A program made the position numbers and the translations under genes. A stretch of 64,000 nucleotides of DNA, taken from Sphagnum compactum. Lineage: Eukaryota. Positions within the stretch are counted from its first letter, which is position 1. Each line of letters starts with the position of its first letter. Of this stretch, positions 29,273 to 42,022 are shown in pieces. The notes under the pieces were generated by a model, which ran no database searches, was not told where the DNA came from, and was given only the letters and a program-made list of their open reading frames with translations. The stretch lies in assembly GCA_965153455.1 (NCBI GenBank), contig OZ234493.1:35950213-36014212 (forward strand). The letters are read 5' to 3'.

Positions 29273-32200
29273 ATGTTGGGTGTTGATCGCGTAGCTCGCC
29301 CTAATGCGCTCATTTGACACCTTACTCAACAACATAACAAGAAGCAAGGGACTTGACCATTCCAATAGTACGTTAGATACATTGCGATTGAATGCATTTG
29401 TAAGTCATATATGACCCCACAAAAAAAATATGATAGTATATATTCAAAGATATTTTCTCATGTTTATGAACCACGTGTGAAAAGAAAAGAAAGAGACAAA
29501 CTTTGAAGTTACACTTGATGAGGAAAAGCCATGGCACATGTAACCAAAGGGAAGTCCTTCAAAAGTTGTTAACATTCCTCACATAGAAGGCCACCTATCC
29601 ATTGGGGGGGGTTGGGGGATGGGGAGGGGAGATAAGTGGGCCCTTTGTGAAACAAGGCACCCTACAATTTGATTGAATCACAATCATTATAACCTCCCAA
29701 AGGTAACCCTTTCACCACTCTAGCTTGGGTTGAGGTTTTCCTTTTGAAATTTTTATGAAAAGTTCCTTTGGTGTTCAAATATCATCGATTGGCAAAGTTT
29801 CTTTTTAATATGCAAATAATAGAGTTTTCTTTTGTTTTGTAATTGCCAATATTTTACCCACAAAAAGTAGATAGCCAACAATATGGAATGAAACATTACA
29901 AATGTTAATTAGTTAATAGTACATGTCCTTTGGTTTTTTTTAAAATTACATACGTATTTTGTTAAATAAATGATTGTATTCTACATGTGGTCATGAACAA
30001 ATGTCTAATTATTTTCGGTCTCCAACCAATGTGCATTATTTTATTTTATTTTTCAAGAAAAAAAAACTAATGTGCAATAAGATCAACCATAGAATGGATG
30101 TTATAAATTGCCTAAAGTCATTATTTGTGCTTTAAATGATTTCAACTTATCCTTAAAAGGAGCAACTTTAGTCCAACTAATTTGAATGCAAAACTAGTTC
30201 ATTTAACTCCATGAAGTTGTTTAAGTTGCATGGGAACAAAAATTTGCATAAGGTGGATGACATGCCCCAAAAGGCTTACAAACTTATATATGGTGTTTTG
30301 CAAAAGAATTTTTAATGCATTTTTTAGTCGCTTGCATCGAAACACCAAAGTGTTCCAATGGAGCTTTTGACTAAGATTATAATACTTGGCATTTCACATT
30401 CACTTGTCAATAAAAAAAACCCGAATAAAAAAGTGATTAGCATTATGAGATCCAAAATTGAAACTTGAAACATTTGCAAACTTGCATCAAATTTTGCACA
30501 ACCTGAACCACTTTAGGAGGCACCTTGCACTCTCCCATATTATATATTACAAATCTACTTATGGGACTTACATCAAAGGGACATTTTCCCCAAAACTTTG
30601 AACAATAGAATTTTCAAAAGTCTTAATTTTGGACTCCCAAAATTTTATGGTAGATTGTAGTTTCCTCAAAACATGTGGAATTGGACAACCTAAAAGGTTT
30701 AATATTGTAATTGAAAAGAAGTTTTTGACCTTGTATCAAACTACTTAATCAAATGTCGGATGAGGACCAAAGGGCACACTAAATGAATAGGAGGCATGAT
30801 TCTCACTCCTTTCATGATTGTTCAAACAACCACTTAAATTTTAATTGAAAACTTTATCCTAGTAATATAACCCACGATATTGTAGTTTGCATTGAAATAT
30901 TTTCAGCATTTTATAAATTGCACCATTCAAAGATGTTTTGATGTTTCAAATGGCATTTTCACCATGTGGGACCCCATCAAGTCCCAACTCTCAAAGTATA
31001 AGTCCACCCTATAAATATTAAGAGTGTTTTCCTTTAACTTCCACACATTAGTCATCTTGTGTGAAAATGTGTTTGATTTCATCAACTTCATGCCTTCCAA
31101 ATCTTAAATTCATTTTCAATTCAACTTGAAAGGAAACCTCTAAATAGCTTTCATCTCAACAACGATATCTCCTTATCAATCCCAAATGTTGATAGCATGA
31201 TGAAGTTAGGGTTGGAACAATGAATATAAACATCATCCATGTGACCCAAAGGACCATATGAAGGTGAAAATCAAATAACAATGGAAAGGGAATTAATTAT
31301 TATTTTTCTATCCATTCATATTGTTTTTAAGGTTTATATTTCCAAATAACGTTGTTACATGATTACAATAAAAAAATATTTATAATTATTTAAAAACATT
31401 TTCCTATAAAAAGTATTTTTTCAATATGCACATATATGATATATCTTCCCATCTTTGATCCAAATATTATGGACAATTATTATAGTTTTGGCTTTATGAA
31501 TACATTGGTTTTGGCTCAAACACACACATTTTGAATGTTAATTCTTTTTTAAATGAACCAAAAAATTATATTAGATTCATTTATGTAATGAACGGACTTG
31601 ATGGAGTGAACCATATGTTTTATTAATGCCTATAAGTTGAAATAGTAAAATAATTTTATTTACAAATTGGCTAGATGATTTGTAAATGACAATATAATTG
31701 GGATTACTTTTGATTTGAAACTAAATCGGCTTGAATTGTTAACCATTAATGCCAAGGATAATTTTTATTTATCTAGCATTATTTTAAAACTAAATTAGCC
31801 CTTGGACTATTATTATTGCAACATCCCCCAATTTATAGCCTTTTTAGTTTCAAATTCCTTGCAAAACAACATGTTGAACCTAATCTTTTATTTTTAGTTA
31901 ATCATAGCCAAATATAATCTTAATGTGCTTTTAGGCTTCTCTTGAGTGGTATCAATTAGACAATTTTGCAATAATTTTAAAGCTAATGGAATTCATCAAA
32001 ATAGTATTGTGCTAATCTTGGAATATTTCAAAAATATTTCAAGAATATTTTTGAAGAAGTTTTTATATTATTATGTTAAAATAGATTTTAAAACTTTTCC
32101 TAAAAAATATGTCATTTTCAAATCATTTATGTGTTTTAGAAGTGTTTTGGGTATTTTATGTTTATCATATTTATTTCAAACTTTTTAAAATGGCCCCATA

Positions 32201-32759
32201 ATATATTACAAACATTTTGATATGAGCACACCAAACATTTTCAACATTAACTTGACATACCATTTAAAAATATGTAAAACTAACCACTAGTTACATTTTA
32301 GGTGGGTCATGTTTGTGTGTTTGCACTCAAAGCCTTATTGATAACACATGAAAAAAATAGAAAATGCATTTTAATATAGTAATCAACTCCACTAGAAAAA
32401 AAAATATCCTTGTGAATAAGGTACCATAAGTTTGTAAGTTTGGTTTTGGAAGGTTATTTGTCATTATTTTGTATCACAAAATGAAACTAACAAAGTTTTT
32501 TAAAAAAGACAATTTTTTTTGGCATGAATTGGTGATTGAAGAGGGTGAATTTTTTCTATGTTTTGAGGTTAACAGTTGACATTCTACATTAATTTCAAGT
32601 CTAGCTCCATACCCCAGACATTCTGCCAAAACATGGATTTCATGATTAAAATAATTTGTGACTAATTTTTTAATTTAATTATATATGTAGTTGAATGTGA
32701 ACACTAATAGTTGTCACTTATATGACTACATGATTAATATTCATTCTCAAAAATGTGAC

Positions 32760-33130
32760 GGTTATCATAATCAAAACCATCTTAAATTGTTTTAGGTAGG
32801 CCAATTTAATATGCTAACATGTGTAAGTTAAATTAACCTACATAAGCCTATGTGTACATGACTATAAGTTATCCTAACTTATGATAACCTAATTAGGTTG
32901 AAGTTAGTTTAAGTCAACCTAAAGAGATTTATGATAGTTTAGGTTAGTGTAGGTTACCTTAGGTAAATCTAAGAAACCTACCTTAACCTAAATTAATTTT
33001 GATCAATAGGTTTAATTTTGGTTAGTTTAGGTTTAACTTAAGTTAGCTTATGTCAACTTAATTTAATTTAAGTAACCTTAAGTTATAATACTTGTTAGAT
33101 CATGATAGCTTAGGGAGGCCTAGGTTAACC
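32760..33130. repeat. Low-complexity array of degenerate AGGTTAACCT / TTAGG-CCTAA words
   Basis: Dense aggtt/aacct/ttagg/cctaa motifs in both orientations, abutting the truncated hAT remnant. Confidence 0.6.
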
Positions 33131-33990
33131 TTGCAATTAGATTTGACCCTTCATTTTTGACATATGTAATATTTTTTCTTCTCAATCCATATTAATCAAA
33201 TAATTCTATCATTGTTTGCCAAAGCTTGACCAATAGTTTTTGTTGCCTCAAACAACCCAATAGTCACTTGTTTAGGCTACCAATCAAATCCCAATAAGTT
33301 AATGACAAAAGCAAAAATATCATATCATGTGTGCATTTGGACATCCATAAATCAAAACTTGTTGTTGTAGATATACAATTTCTTAATTTTGGTTAAACCA
33401 TATACTTGTTTCATTTTCTTCACCAATTTAAGTAATATCTCATGAAAAAAATGTTTTCTAGAGAGGAAGACAACTCAAAGACACAAATGTAAAACCACAT
33501 GTTTGAACCAAACACTTCCACAAATTGTAATGGCAATTGATTTTTCACAATTAAAAGCCAAGGTCTTGCAAAACATATTTTTGTTGTTCATCATCCTTTT
33601 TGAAAGGATCTTTAACAATAAAAAACTTAAATATTGCATTGCCTAACTCATTAGGCCTTTTATTTGCTAGTTATTTTTTGAGAGTTCCTTTTATTGGACC
33701 ATTTACCTCCTCAATTTTTTTGATAATTACAACATGATTTACATTGACATGTTTTTTCAAAGCCATTAAATTCCATATGTTTTATGATATGTTATAAGTC
33801 ATTTTCTGTTTTTTGTGTTTGGATTAGGAACATGCACATGACTATTGTAACAAAACAAACATTTCAAACTTGAAAGTTTCCATCATCAACCTCTTTGTCG
33901 TCATTCATAAAAAGAAAACCCAACAAATTGCATTTCTATTATGACATTTCCATATTTTTCTTTTAAGTATGAAATTTTTGAAGGTTTGTT
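33130..33990 (-). pseudogene. Decayed hAT-superfamily transposase fragment
   Basis: Minus-strand conceptual translation with stops and frameshifts: LIVKNQLPLQFV, TSFDLWMSK, FAFVINLLGFDW*PKQVTIGLFEA, YGLRRKIITYVKNEGSNL (DDE/RNase H-like core of Ac-like transposases). Confidence 0.75.
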
Positions 33991-34344
33991 TACATTTCAT
34001 TTGTTCCATTTGTCTCTATTATTTCTTCTGCTATGTCTTATTTTTTTTGAAATGTCTTATTTAAAATATAAACTACAAAACATAAGCCCAAAAGAAATGG
34101 AGAATATATATTTTTTAAAATTGCAAAATACAATGAAAACCCACCTTTGAAATACAATGGTAGAACATAAAACATGCAATGAGAAAAAAACAACAAAATG
34201 AAAGGAAAAAACATTGACTTAAAAAAAAATACAAAAAATACTTTGAAGCTTGGAATTGAAGAAGAAACTAAAAAAAGTCTTATTCCACACTTGCACCAAA
34301 AAAATAAAGAAAATACCAATCTAAAAAGGACAAAAAAACACCAA

Positions 34345-34571
34345 GAGCACACAACAAGGAGGCATTAAAAAACAACAAAAATGCACAACAAAGAGGTGAC
34401 AAAGATGTCATAGAGACACTTGGATTGGAACATGTAGTAAGGAAGTGCTAACAATCATTAAAAACACAAAGCAAAGGAGGTGTTGATGAACACTAAAAGT
34501 GCAAAGCAAGGAGGTGTTAACGAACATCAAGAGTGCATAACAAGGAGGCGTCAATGAACACTAAAAATGCA
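34345..34571. repeat. Degenerate ~34-bp tandem repeat (aaggaggtgttgatgaacactaaaagtgc-like)
   Basis: Three clear copies at 34467-34571 and weaker ones from 34345. Lies 5' of the hAT remnant, possibly its subterminal repeats. Confidence 0.6.
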
Positions 34572-36833
34572 ACCCTAACCTTACTAGTTTTTAATACCCT
34601 GACAAGGTATCAATTTTTTAAAAAAAGTGGAAAATATTCAAATGGCCAATTTTCAACCCAATGAGAACTAAGAGATGGATTTCAGAAACAACATCACCTT
34701 TGGTCATACCTTGAAATATTCAAGTTGAGAACGAAATTGAAACCCCAATTGATTCTCACTTCTTTTATGATACCCATCCAACATTATTTTACATGCCATC
34801 AAACAAAGTGTTTCCATTATGAACCTTTTCATAATATATATGTATATACATTCTACAACAATAAATTGACTACCAACAAAATGGGTAAGCAATTGTTGAT
34901 ATTTGAAGTTTGAAGCAAAAGTACTCTTGCATTATATCCATTTTGATAAATATGCACCACTTTATACTTGGATCAATAATATTGATATTTGAGTCCAACA
35001 TCCTTTGCATTCTTTAGTGTATGTGCTTAACTTGCACCAACGCATGGAATCACAATCCCAAATTTCATGCCAAGGTTTATTTAAATTACCATTCATTTCC
35101 ACATCCACTTAGGTTAACCATACATCATTTGTGTGAAACAATCATTTCAACACTTTTAAAGCTAAAATACCCTACTTTAGACCTTTCTAATTAGATGTTG
35201 TTATGTGTAAAGACAAACTTTGGCCCTATTTTCATTGGCATTAGGTTTTTCCCTATGTTGGTGATTCAAAGCTCTTTTTTGTTAAGATGAATGATTATCT
35301 AAACCATATCAAATTCATGAACATGAACCACACAAAAAAAATTATGTCTAAAATTAAATAATGTTACCTTAGAGGTGTGTGTGTGTGTGTGTGTGTGTGC
35401 ACACACACGCATAAATTGCATGGGTAATAAGTAGCACATGTGATTTTGGCATAACCATTCTATGTGTAAATTGAAAATAACACGGGATTGTGATATAGGA
35501 ACCACATAGTTCAACAAGGAATACGACTAATATCAATATGTATAGACAAATGTAGCAACTACATTGTAGAAATATTGCAATAATCAAGTAAATTTTGAAG
35601 GTTACATGTGTGTGTATAAGTTGGGAAACTCTTATTTTGTTGTGTTTAATGGCAAGTACCATAGTACTCATTTTTGGCAATATGATGCTGAAATATTCTA
35701 CCATTCTATAACAATTGGGTTTAGCATGTGTCTAATGGGCTATTATTTTCCTGAGAACAAAGTAAAGACCTTCATTCTAGATTGCAAAATTTTCAACATT
35801 TGCCATTGGAAGTAAACTTTAAATGGAGAAGGAATACCCAGATTTAATGATAGGTTTTTAGTGATTAAACAAATTACACATTAAAAAATTCATCGCCTTT
35901 ATTGATTTGTGTACTTAATCATCCTTGCATTATTTAGATGAGTGGGGCCTCCGAAGTTGAACTTGGGAACATCTTGGGGAACACATTGGGAACAGAAAAT
36001 ATACCAATTCTAGGAACTACCAACATTAAACTCCTTGAAATTAAGTCATGACCTTTGGAAAAAAAATCCTTTTAAGTATGCTACCCTATGTAAAAAAGTT
36101 GTTGAAATTAGTTTTAAGAACAGCCAATGCCAGCTTTCAAGGGCCTTGATCAGGTTTTTTTGGGACAAATTTTGTCATTTATTAAAACAAGGGAAAATTT
36201 GGAGAAATTTGGGAAGTTTATTTCTAAAATGAAAATTTGACCAATGCTGTTTTTTTTTTTTGGGGAAAAAGATTGCTAAATTTGCATTTTCACAAAAAAG
36301 TGAAAGAAAACCTCAATAGAGGAATATTCTCCATCCCCTCCTCCCCCCCTTCCCTTGAACTAGAGAGACAAAACAACAAAAGGTTTTTAACTATTAGAGG
36401 AAGATCCCCACCATTCTACAACAACACAAAAGAAGAAGAAAAAAAAGACAAGCATACAATCCCCTATGTATGGGCAATGTAGTACCCAATATGCTCAAGC
36501 ATTGCAATTTATATGAAAACACAAAAAAAGCGGATCTTCGAATAGCTTTGCACAAATGGGTGTACCAATTTCAGGAAATCTACCTTTCATGTGTGGCTTT
36601 AAGGTTTTGTCACATTTGAATTGCATCAAAAGAAAAGAAAAAGCAAAGGCACCACCACCACCCACCAAGATTCTAGGCATCCTCACATCACATGTGTTAG
36701 CACCATCACCATCTCCCTTGTTCTACTTGGCATCCATCAAGTGTTTGAAAGAGCGAGCCAAGAGAGATTTATTCAGAAGAGTGGGGTCGATTGAGCATGG
36801 TGGTGATGATGGTGACGGTGATGATGATGATGG

Positions 36834-37154
36834 GGAAGACATTAAATCAGCAATAGGTCCTTATTGGAGGTAGTACAAAAGTATTGCTTGCTTCTTTCTT
36901 TTTCTTCCTTGTCTGCCTTTTGTCCCACCACCAATCCATCATTAAAAGATGGATGATGCCCAAACACATTTTTGGCCTTGTAATGGACACCAAGATGTGC
37001 CTACAGGGCCCAGGACGATGGGCACTACCAAAATGTGTCTGTGCACCTCCAAATACATCTTGGACAGGCAAATGGGCAGTCAGGAAAAAAGAAGAAGCAA
37101 GCAATACTTTTGTACAACCTCCAGTAAGGACTCATTGCTGATTTAATGTCTTCC
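36834..37154. ncRNA. Long fold-back (candidate MIRNA / hairpin-siRNA precursor)
   Basis: 36834-36896 is the reverse complement of 37092-37154 at 59 of 63 positions. Weaker pairing continues inward, plus an inner stem (cccaaacacatttttgg / ccaaaatgtgtctgtg). No known miRNA recognised. Confidence 0.55.
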
Positions 37155-37704
37155 ATGATGATGGTGGTAGTGGTGGTGTTGAAGATGATGATGCTGCTGG
37201 CGGCAGCAATGAGGAGGATGAGACTGTGGTGCTAGTGGTGAAAATGATGGTGATGATCATTGAAGAAGAAGGAGAAGATGGTGCAGATAACTTTCTCTAG
37301 AGTGGGCCAAAGGTTTAGGGTTTTGGCCAGAGTGAACAAAAGCAGTCACCAACACACCATCTATTAGAAGCTGGTTATGACTCAGTTGTGAATGAACTCC
37401 AACTGACTGGACATTGTCGGATTGCACCTTGGTAATCTATCATGCAGAAAACATGAGTCTTCTTGTCTTCTTGTAAAGCACTGCAAGAAATTTCCTAAAG
37501 GTATTTGAAGGGCACCTTATATCCGTGAATATCTGAGGGATCTTACGAAAAGAGGAGGGACCTTACACCTAAGGGTCACACATTGCTGATCACAAACTTC
37601 TGCAGAAGAGTATTCACACAAAAAACTGGGTTTAGTAAAATGGCCTTCTTGTAATGGGGGATGGCACTGAGAATTCCCTCTGAAAATACACCATTTTTAT
37701 ATTC

Positions 37705-37840
37705 ATCTTTTGTGATGGTTGCTATGACACCCATCACTAGTGTTTCTCTGATCTTTGAGATGGTTGCTATGACACCCATCACTATGGTTTCTCTGATCTT
37801 TGTTGATGGTTGCAATGACGCCCATCACAACAGTTTCTCT
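37705..37840. repeat. 3x 45-46 bp tandem repeat with internal GATGG...CCATC inverted motif
   Basis: gatggttgctatgacacccatcac starts at 37714 and 37759; a variant starts at 37805. Confidence 0.9.
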
Positions 37841-40209
37841 TCGGGAATCTGAATGATGTCCACAGCATTGTTGCCAAAAGCAGGTTGTTCATAGCTGGGC
37901 ATCTTTGCTGATTCTGAGTCATGATATTCTGAGGAGCATTTCACCCTGGCCATTTTATGCCAATGCAGCAACAGATACTGCATCTTCCTTGTTGATATAG
38001 TTCCATGCAGCATCTGGGTTGATGCAGTTCCATGCAGCATTTGGGTTTTTTCGAGTTTTTCCATAGTCTCCAGAGAGATTGAATGCATTAAAGGCATGTC
38101 TAGTGAATGATAATAAGGGCAATTTTTACAAATCAATCGCAGTAATTTCAAGGACAATTACATAACAGAAAAGACTTCAGTGACATTGAGAATCAGTACT
38201 TCTTTTAAGGCAGCCGTTTTCAACCGGCAGAAGAGAAGGCATTCAGGATGCAATGCTGCAAGCCTTGCATCTCTTCCATACCCATGGTGCTGGCTGGCTC
38301 ATAGGGCAAGACTCTGCTAAGGCAAAATCCTTGATCAGCAGACATGGATAGACAATGGAGATGACATAGAAAAAGAATTTTCAAATGCTTTGAGTGCACA
38401 CACCAAATTGAGGATTGAGTGAATTGTGTGAAGTTTAGTTTTTCTCCCTAGATTGGGGTGTTGCCTGAGATTCCACCAGGGCATGACGAAGTTCTTAGAC
38501 TCCCAGGCACTGAGTACTTGACACTGACTCTGTCTTATCACCCTATCATAGATTCTAATAACATAAGTTTTTTGCAGCTCAGAAAATGTTGGGAAAGATG
38601 TCACACAAACTCACTTAGGACCAAAAGGATTTGTGTGTTATATAACTTTTGTGCCCAAAACTTTTAATAGATTATTATATCAAATACTTGTAAAACCATC
38701 TAGATTTATGTTGTTGTTGTTGATGTATGTGTTCATATGAATTCTTGTGAGGGGATGGGGTTCTTCAGACCCTAGTAGATGACATGTTATTGCAGATGCC
38801 ACAAGAGCTGGTTTTTCTCCTTCCTCCATCAGGCCTGTTCCTTCACTTGAGGAGAACTGGCTCTTCCCTTCAGCTTCTTCTAGGCTTGAGAAGTAGAGCT
38901 TCAGCAGATGTAGCTTAAGTGCCGATGGAGAGGAATTTTCAAGACCCAACATATTCAACAAAAATCTGTTACCCTGACAGGAGAAGCTCGGAACTGCAAG
39001 CATAAAAAGAAAGCTCACAAATTTTCTATATTTTAACAAGCATGAATAGACTGCTACTACTGTCTGCAACAGCAAACACATTTACAGGTCTCCTGACTTG
39101 CACATTATCACCAGACCTTGTTACTTTAGGCCATGGTTCACAGTAGCACACAAGGAGATAGATACATACACCATTGTCAATTTATTTTTAAGTCTGACAC
39201 AAAGTGGTGCAGCTGAACCAACCTTAACCAAAACCCACCAAATCCTGTACCACAATCATCAATCCAATCTGCTACATATGGGCTTGGTTGGACTCACAAA
39301 GGGGTCATCAATCTCCCTCTTGACACCCCCCGATTTCTGCATCACCTTCCTTCTATTTGTAGAAGCATTGCAGAATTTCACCACCTGAACAAGGTGCCAT
39401 CTCCTCAGAATTGGGACACAGTATTATCATCTATCACTTTTATCATACAGAGAACAAATCTTATTATGAGGACCCCATTACTTTGGCATGCATGTGCCTT
39501 TTTGTCTACTCTTCTGGATTCCACAAAAATTTGGGCCTAAATTGCATAAAGGAAATTTTACTGAAGAACGGCAAATCCTTGACCCAATTCACTAGGGCAG
39601 CTTAAAATGAGAGTAGCAAGGACTTTTTCCAAGCTGAGCAACATCTATCGTCACATACTCAATTGTGGTGAACAAACTTGCCCAAACCATGATTGGTTAC
39701 ACAGGAGTGAAGCTCTTGCTTGCAGAGCTCTCCATTGCGTACATCATCATAGCTTCCAGTCACAACAGGAGGAGACCCTTCCACTTTTTGACAAACAGAA
39801 GAAGGAACAGGAGACAAAATTTGATCCCGCCCAAGATCACATTTCCCCTTAAGATTCATCAATCACATGTTGTGTAAAAAAACACCGCTGCCACACCCAA
39901 CCCTCTTCAGGAGCATCACTTACATCAGATGCTACAAGAAGAAGAAGAAGATTCCAGGGCTTCCTGCTCTCTTCAGGGTTAGGGTTAAGGCCATCCATCC
40001 TTAGCAAGAGATCATACAACATCCAAATCAGAACTAACCCAAGGGAACAATCATCGCTGCTGCATGCACCATTCTTTGTCCCAGCATCTGCAGACTATCA
40101 GGATGGGTTCACCCATCGTGGGTTCATACAAACAAGGCAATGGGTTATTGTATTGTATGGGAGCTTGGGGAAGAAAGTTGTGCACACCTTGAAGAGAGAG
40201 AGAGAGTTC

Positions 40210-41316
40210 TCAAGGTTGTTGGTGTGGATGCATGTGACAACAGATGGTAGATAGAAAGGACTTCATCATGCTTGAGGAGGATCTTTGGACCCCATTGATG
40301 GCATTGGAGTTCCTTGAAGTGGAGAAGGTGGAGTGAGAAAAAGGAGTTGCAGCTTGCTCACTTCCATATCCTTTCTCCTCCTTCTCCTCCTCTTCTTCTT
40401 CTTCATCTTCATCTTCTTCAGCATCAGACAGCAAACTGTCACAAGAAACAAACTGGGTGGCACTCCATTCAGGGCTGCTCCTCCTCCTGTCACCATCAGC
40501 TGAGCTTGCAGCTGGATTGGCTCCGTCCTGCAGAGCAGCATCACCGCGTCTCTCCAGCTCCAGACATGCTGCAAGAGACTGGCCAGACATGCCAATTGGA
40601 TGTTGTGGGTCCATGAGGATCACCTCAGACAGACTCTCTTCAAGGCTTGATTGCAAGCAGTTGCCACATGATCCAAGAAGCTCTCGGATTCCACAGCTTC
40701 TATTAGCTATGGTGAAGCTCCATCTCCCTCCCGGGCGTCTTCTTCCGTGGTTATGGGTGTCCACCAGATGATGATGATGTATGCCACCTGCTGCTGCTGC
40801 TGCTCTCCCTGAAGCTGAATACTCCATGGGCAACCCAATGAGGCTACCAAGGGTGATTCTCCTGGAGTCTTTAAAGAAGCTAGAGGAAGTCACCGTTTCA
40901 CTGTGAAAGTCGGAATCAGATTCCGATGATTCTGCTGCACTCACGCTTGCGTCTGACAAGTAAGGAAGAAAACGGTTGAAGCTTCCCCCCACCAAGTTAT
41001 GCTGCTCAGCTGCTGCTGCTGCTTCTTCAACAAGTCGAGCTGCTTGCAACCATGATGTCTGAGCTGCTGCTGCTGCTGCTGCTACTGCTGCAATGGATGC
41101 ACTGCTCTCTTCCTCCGCCACCCCAGGACTTGCTGCGTCCTGTGCCACCATGCAAGACCTCAACCCCAAAGGCCAACCCATTCCAGCATTTGCTGATGAT
41201 GAACCCGCCATAGCTACTCCTATCTCCTCCTCATGACTTGGATTCAATCTGAAGGCTATGCTGGCTGCTACTGCTGCTGCTGCTGGACTGGGCCTTGAAC
41301 GCAGCAGCAGCTCCAT
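40210..41316 (-). CDS. Intronless uncharacterized At3g17950-like protein (~368 aa)
   Basis: Long ORF; first ATG at 41316 (the track start at 41349 is a non-ATG codon). Contains the family motifs GWPLGL and SDFHSETVTSSSFFKDSRRITLGSLIG (cf. SDLDTESTGSFFHDRSITLGSLIG), SLAACLELERR, and poly-Ala/His/Glu tracts. TATA-like (TA)n at ~41798-41809 upstream. Confidence 0.8.
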   Translation of the reverse strand: MELLLRSRPSPAAAAVAASIAFRLNPSHEEEIGVAMAGSSSANAGMGWPLGLRSCMVAQDAASPGVAEEESSASIAAVAAAAAAAQTSWLQAARLVEEAAAAAEQHNLVGGSFNRFLPYLSDASVSAAESSESDSDFHSETVTSSSFFKDSRRITLGSLIGLPMEYSASGRAAAAAGGIHHHHLVDTHNHGRRRPGGRWSFTIANRSCGIRELLGSCGNCLQSSLEESLSEVILMDPQHPIGMSGQSLAACLELERRGDAALQDGANPAASSADGDRRRSSPEWSATQFVSCDSLLSDAEEDEDEEEEEEEKEEKGYGSEQAATPFSHSTFSTSRNSNAINGVQRSSSSMMKSFLSTICCHMHPHQQP

Positions 41317-41929
41317 GGCAGCAGCAGCAGCAGCAGAATCAATCCACAAACACTCCCCACTGCCCCACTGCCTGCAGCTGCTTTGGATCAGAAGGAAGAA
41401 GGAGGAGGAGGAGGAGGTGAAGCGAGTTGCATTTCCGTTGCAATTGTGTTGTTGCTTCTCTCCTTCTCAGGTCCTTTTGTTCTCAGGGTTCTTGGACAAG
41501 AGTTGTTTGTTGTTTCTTCTACTAACTATTACTGCAACATCATCATTCTCAGCTTCTTCTTCTTCTTCTTCTTCTTCTTCAAAAACAACACCAACAACAA
41601 CAGCAGCAGCAGATGTTTTCTACAGCAAATTGATGTTGTTCTTGATACCTAGTAGAGGCAGCAACAGCACCAGCACCAGCACCAGCACCAGCCTACAAGA
41701 ACAAGAACAAGAACAAGAAGATGAAGAAGTTCTGGTTGGTTGGTGGGTGGTAGCAGCCTTTTAATTTAATTTAATCTAATTTAATTTTCTAACTGGCTAT
41801 ATATATATAGTGTTTTAAAAAAGGTATTCAATAGCCAGAATTCGACCAAAATTTAAAGAAAATTTGCCAGATTTCTATATATGGTTCAAAGTAGGTAGGA
41901 AACAAAAATATATATATATACAAATTTTT

Positions 41930-42022
41930 TTTGTCTTTACTTTCAGATTTAGCTTGTAGCCAAATCTGGCTAAATTTTTTTCCCATGGATGAGCGCCAGT
42001 TTGGCTATATCACAAAATTGAC
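41930..42022. repeat. Copy of a dispersed repeat family (second copy at ~46074-46154)
   Basis: tactttca..ttt..caaat(c/t)tggcta..atggatga..cca..atcacaaaattga is shared between the two loci. Confidence 0.6.

Noticed and set aside
37705-37840. CRISPR-like palindromic repeats
   Set aside because: The 'spacers' are near-identical, there are no cas genes, and the context is eukaryotic; this is a tandem repeat.
41258-41764. 168-codon ORF antisense to the At3g17950-like 5' region
   Set aside because: Stop-free only because of trinucleotide/hexanucleotide repeats.
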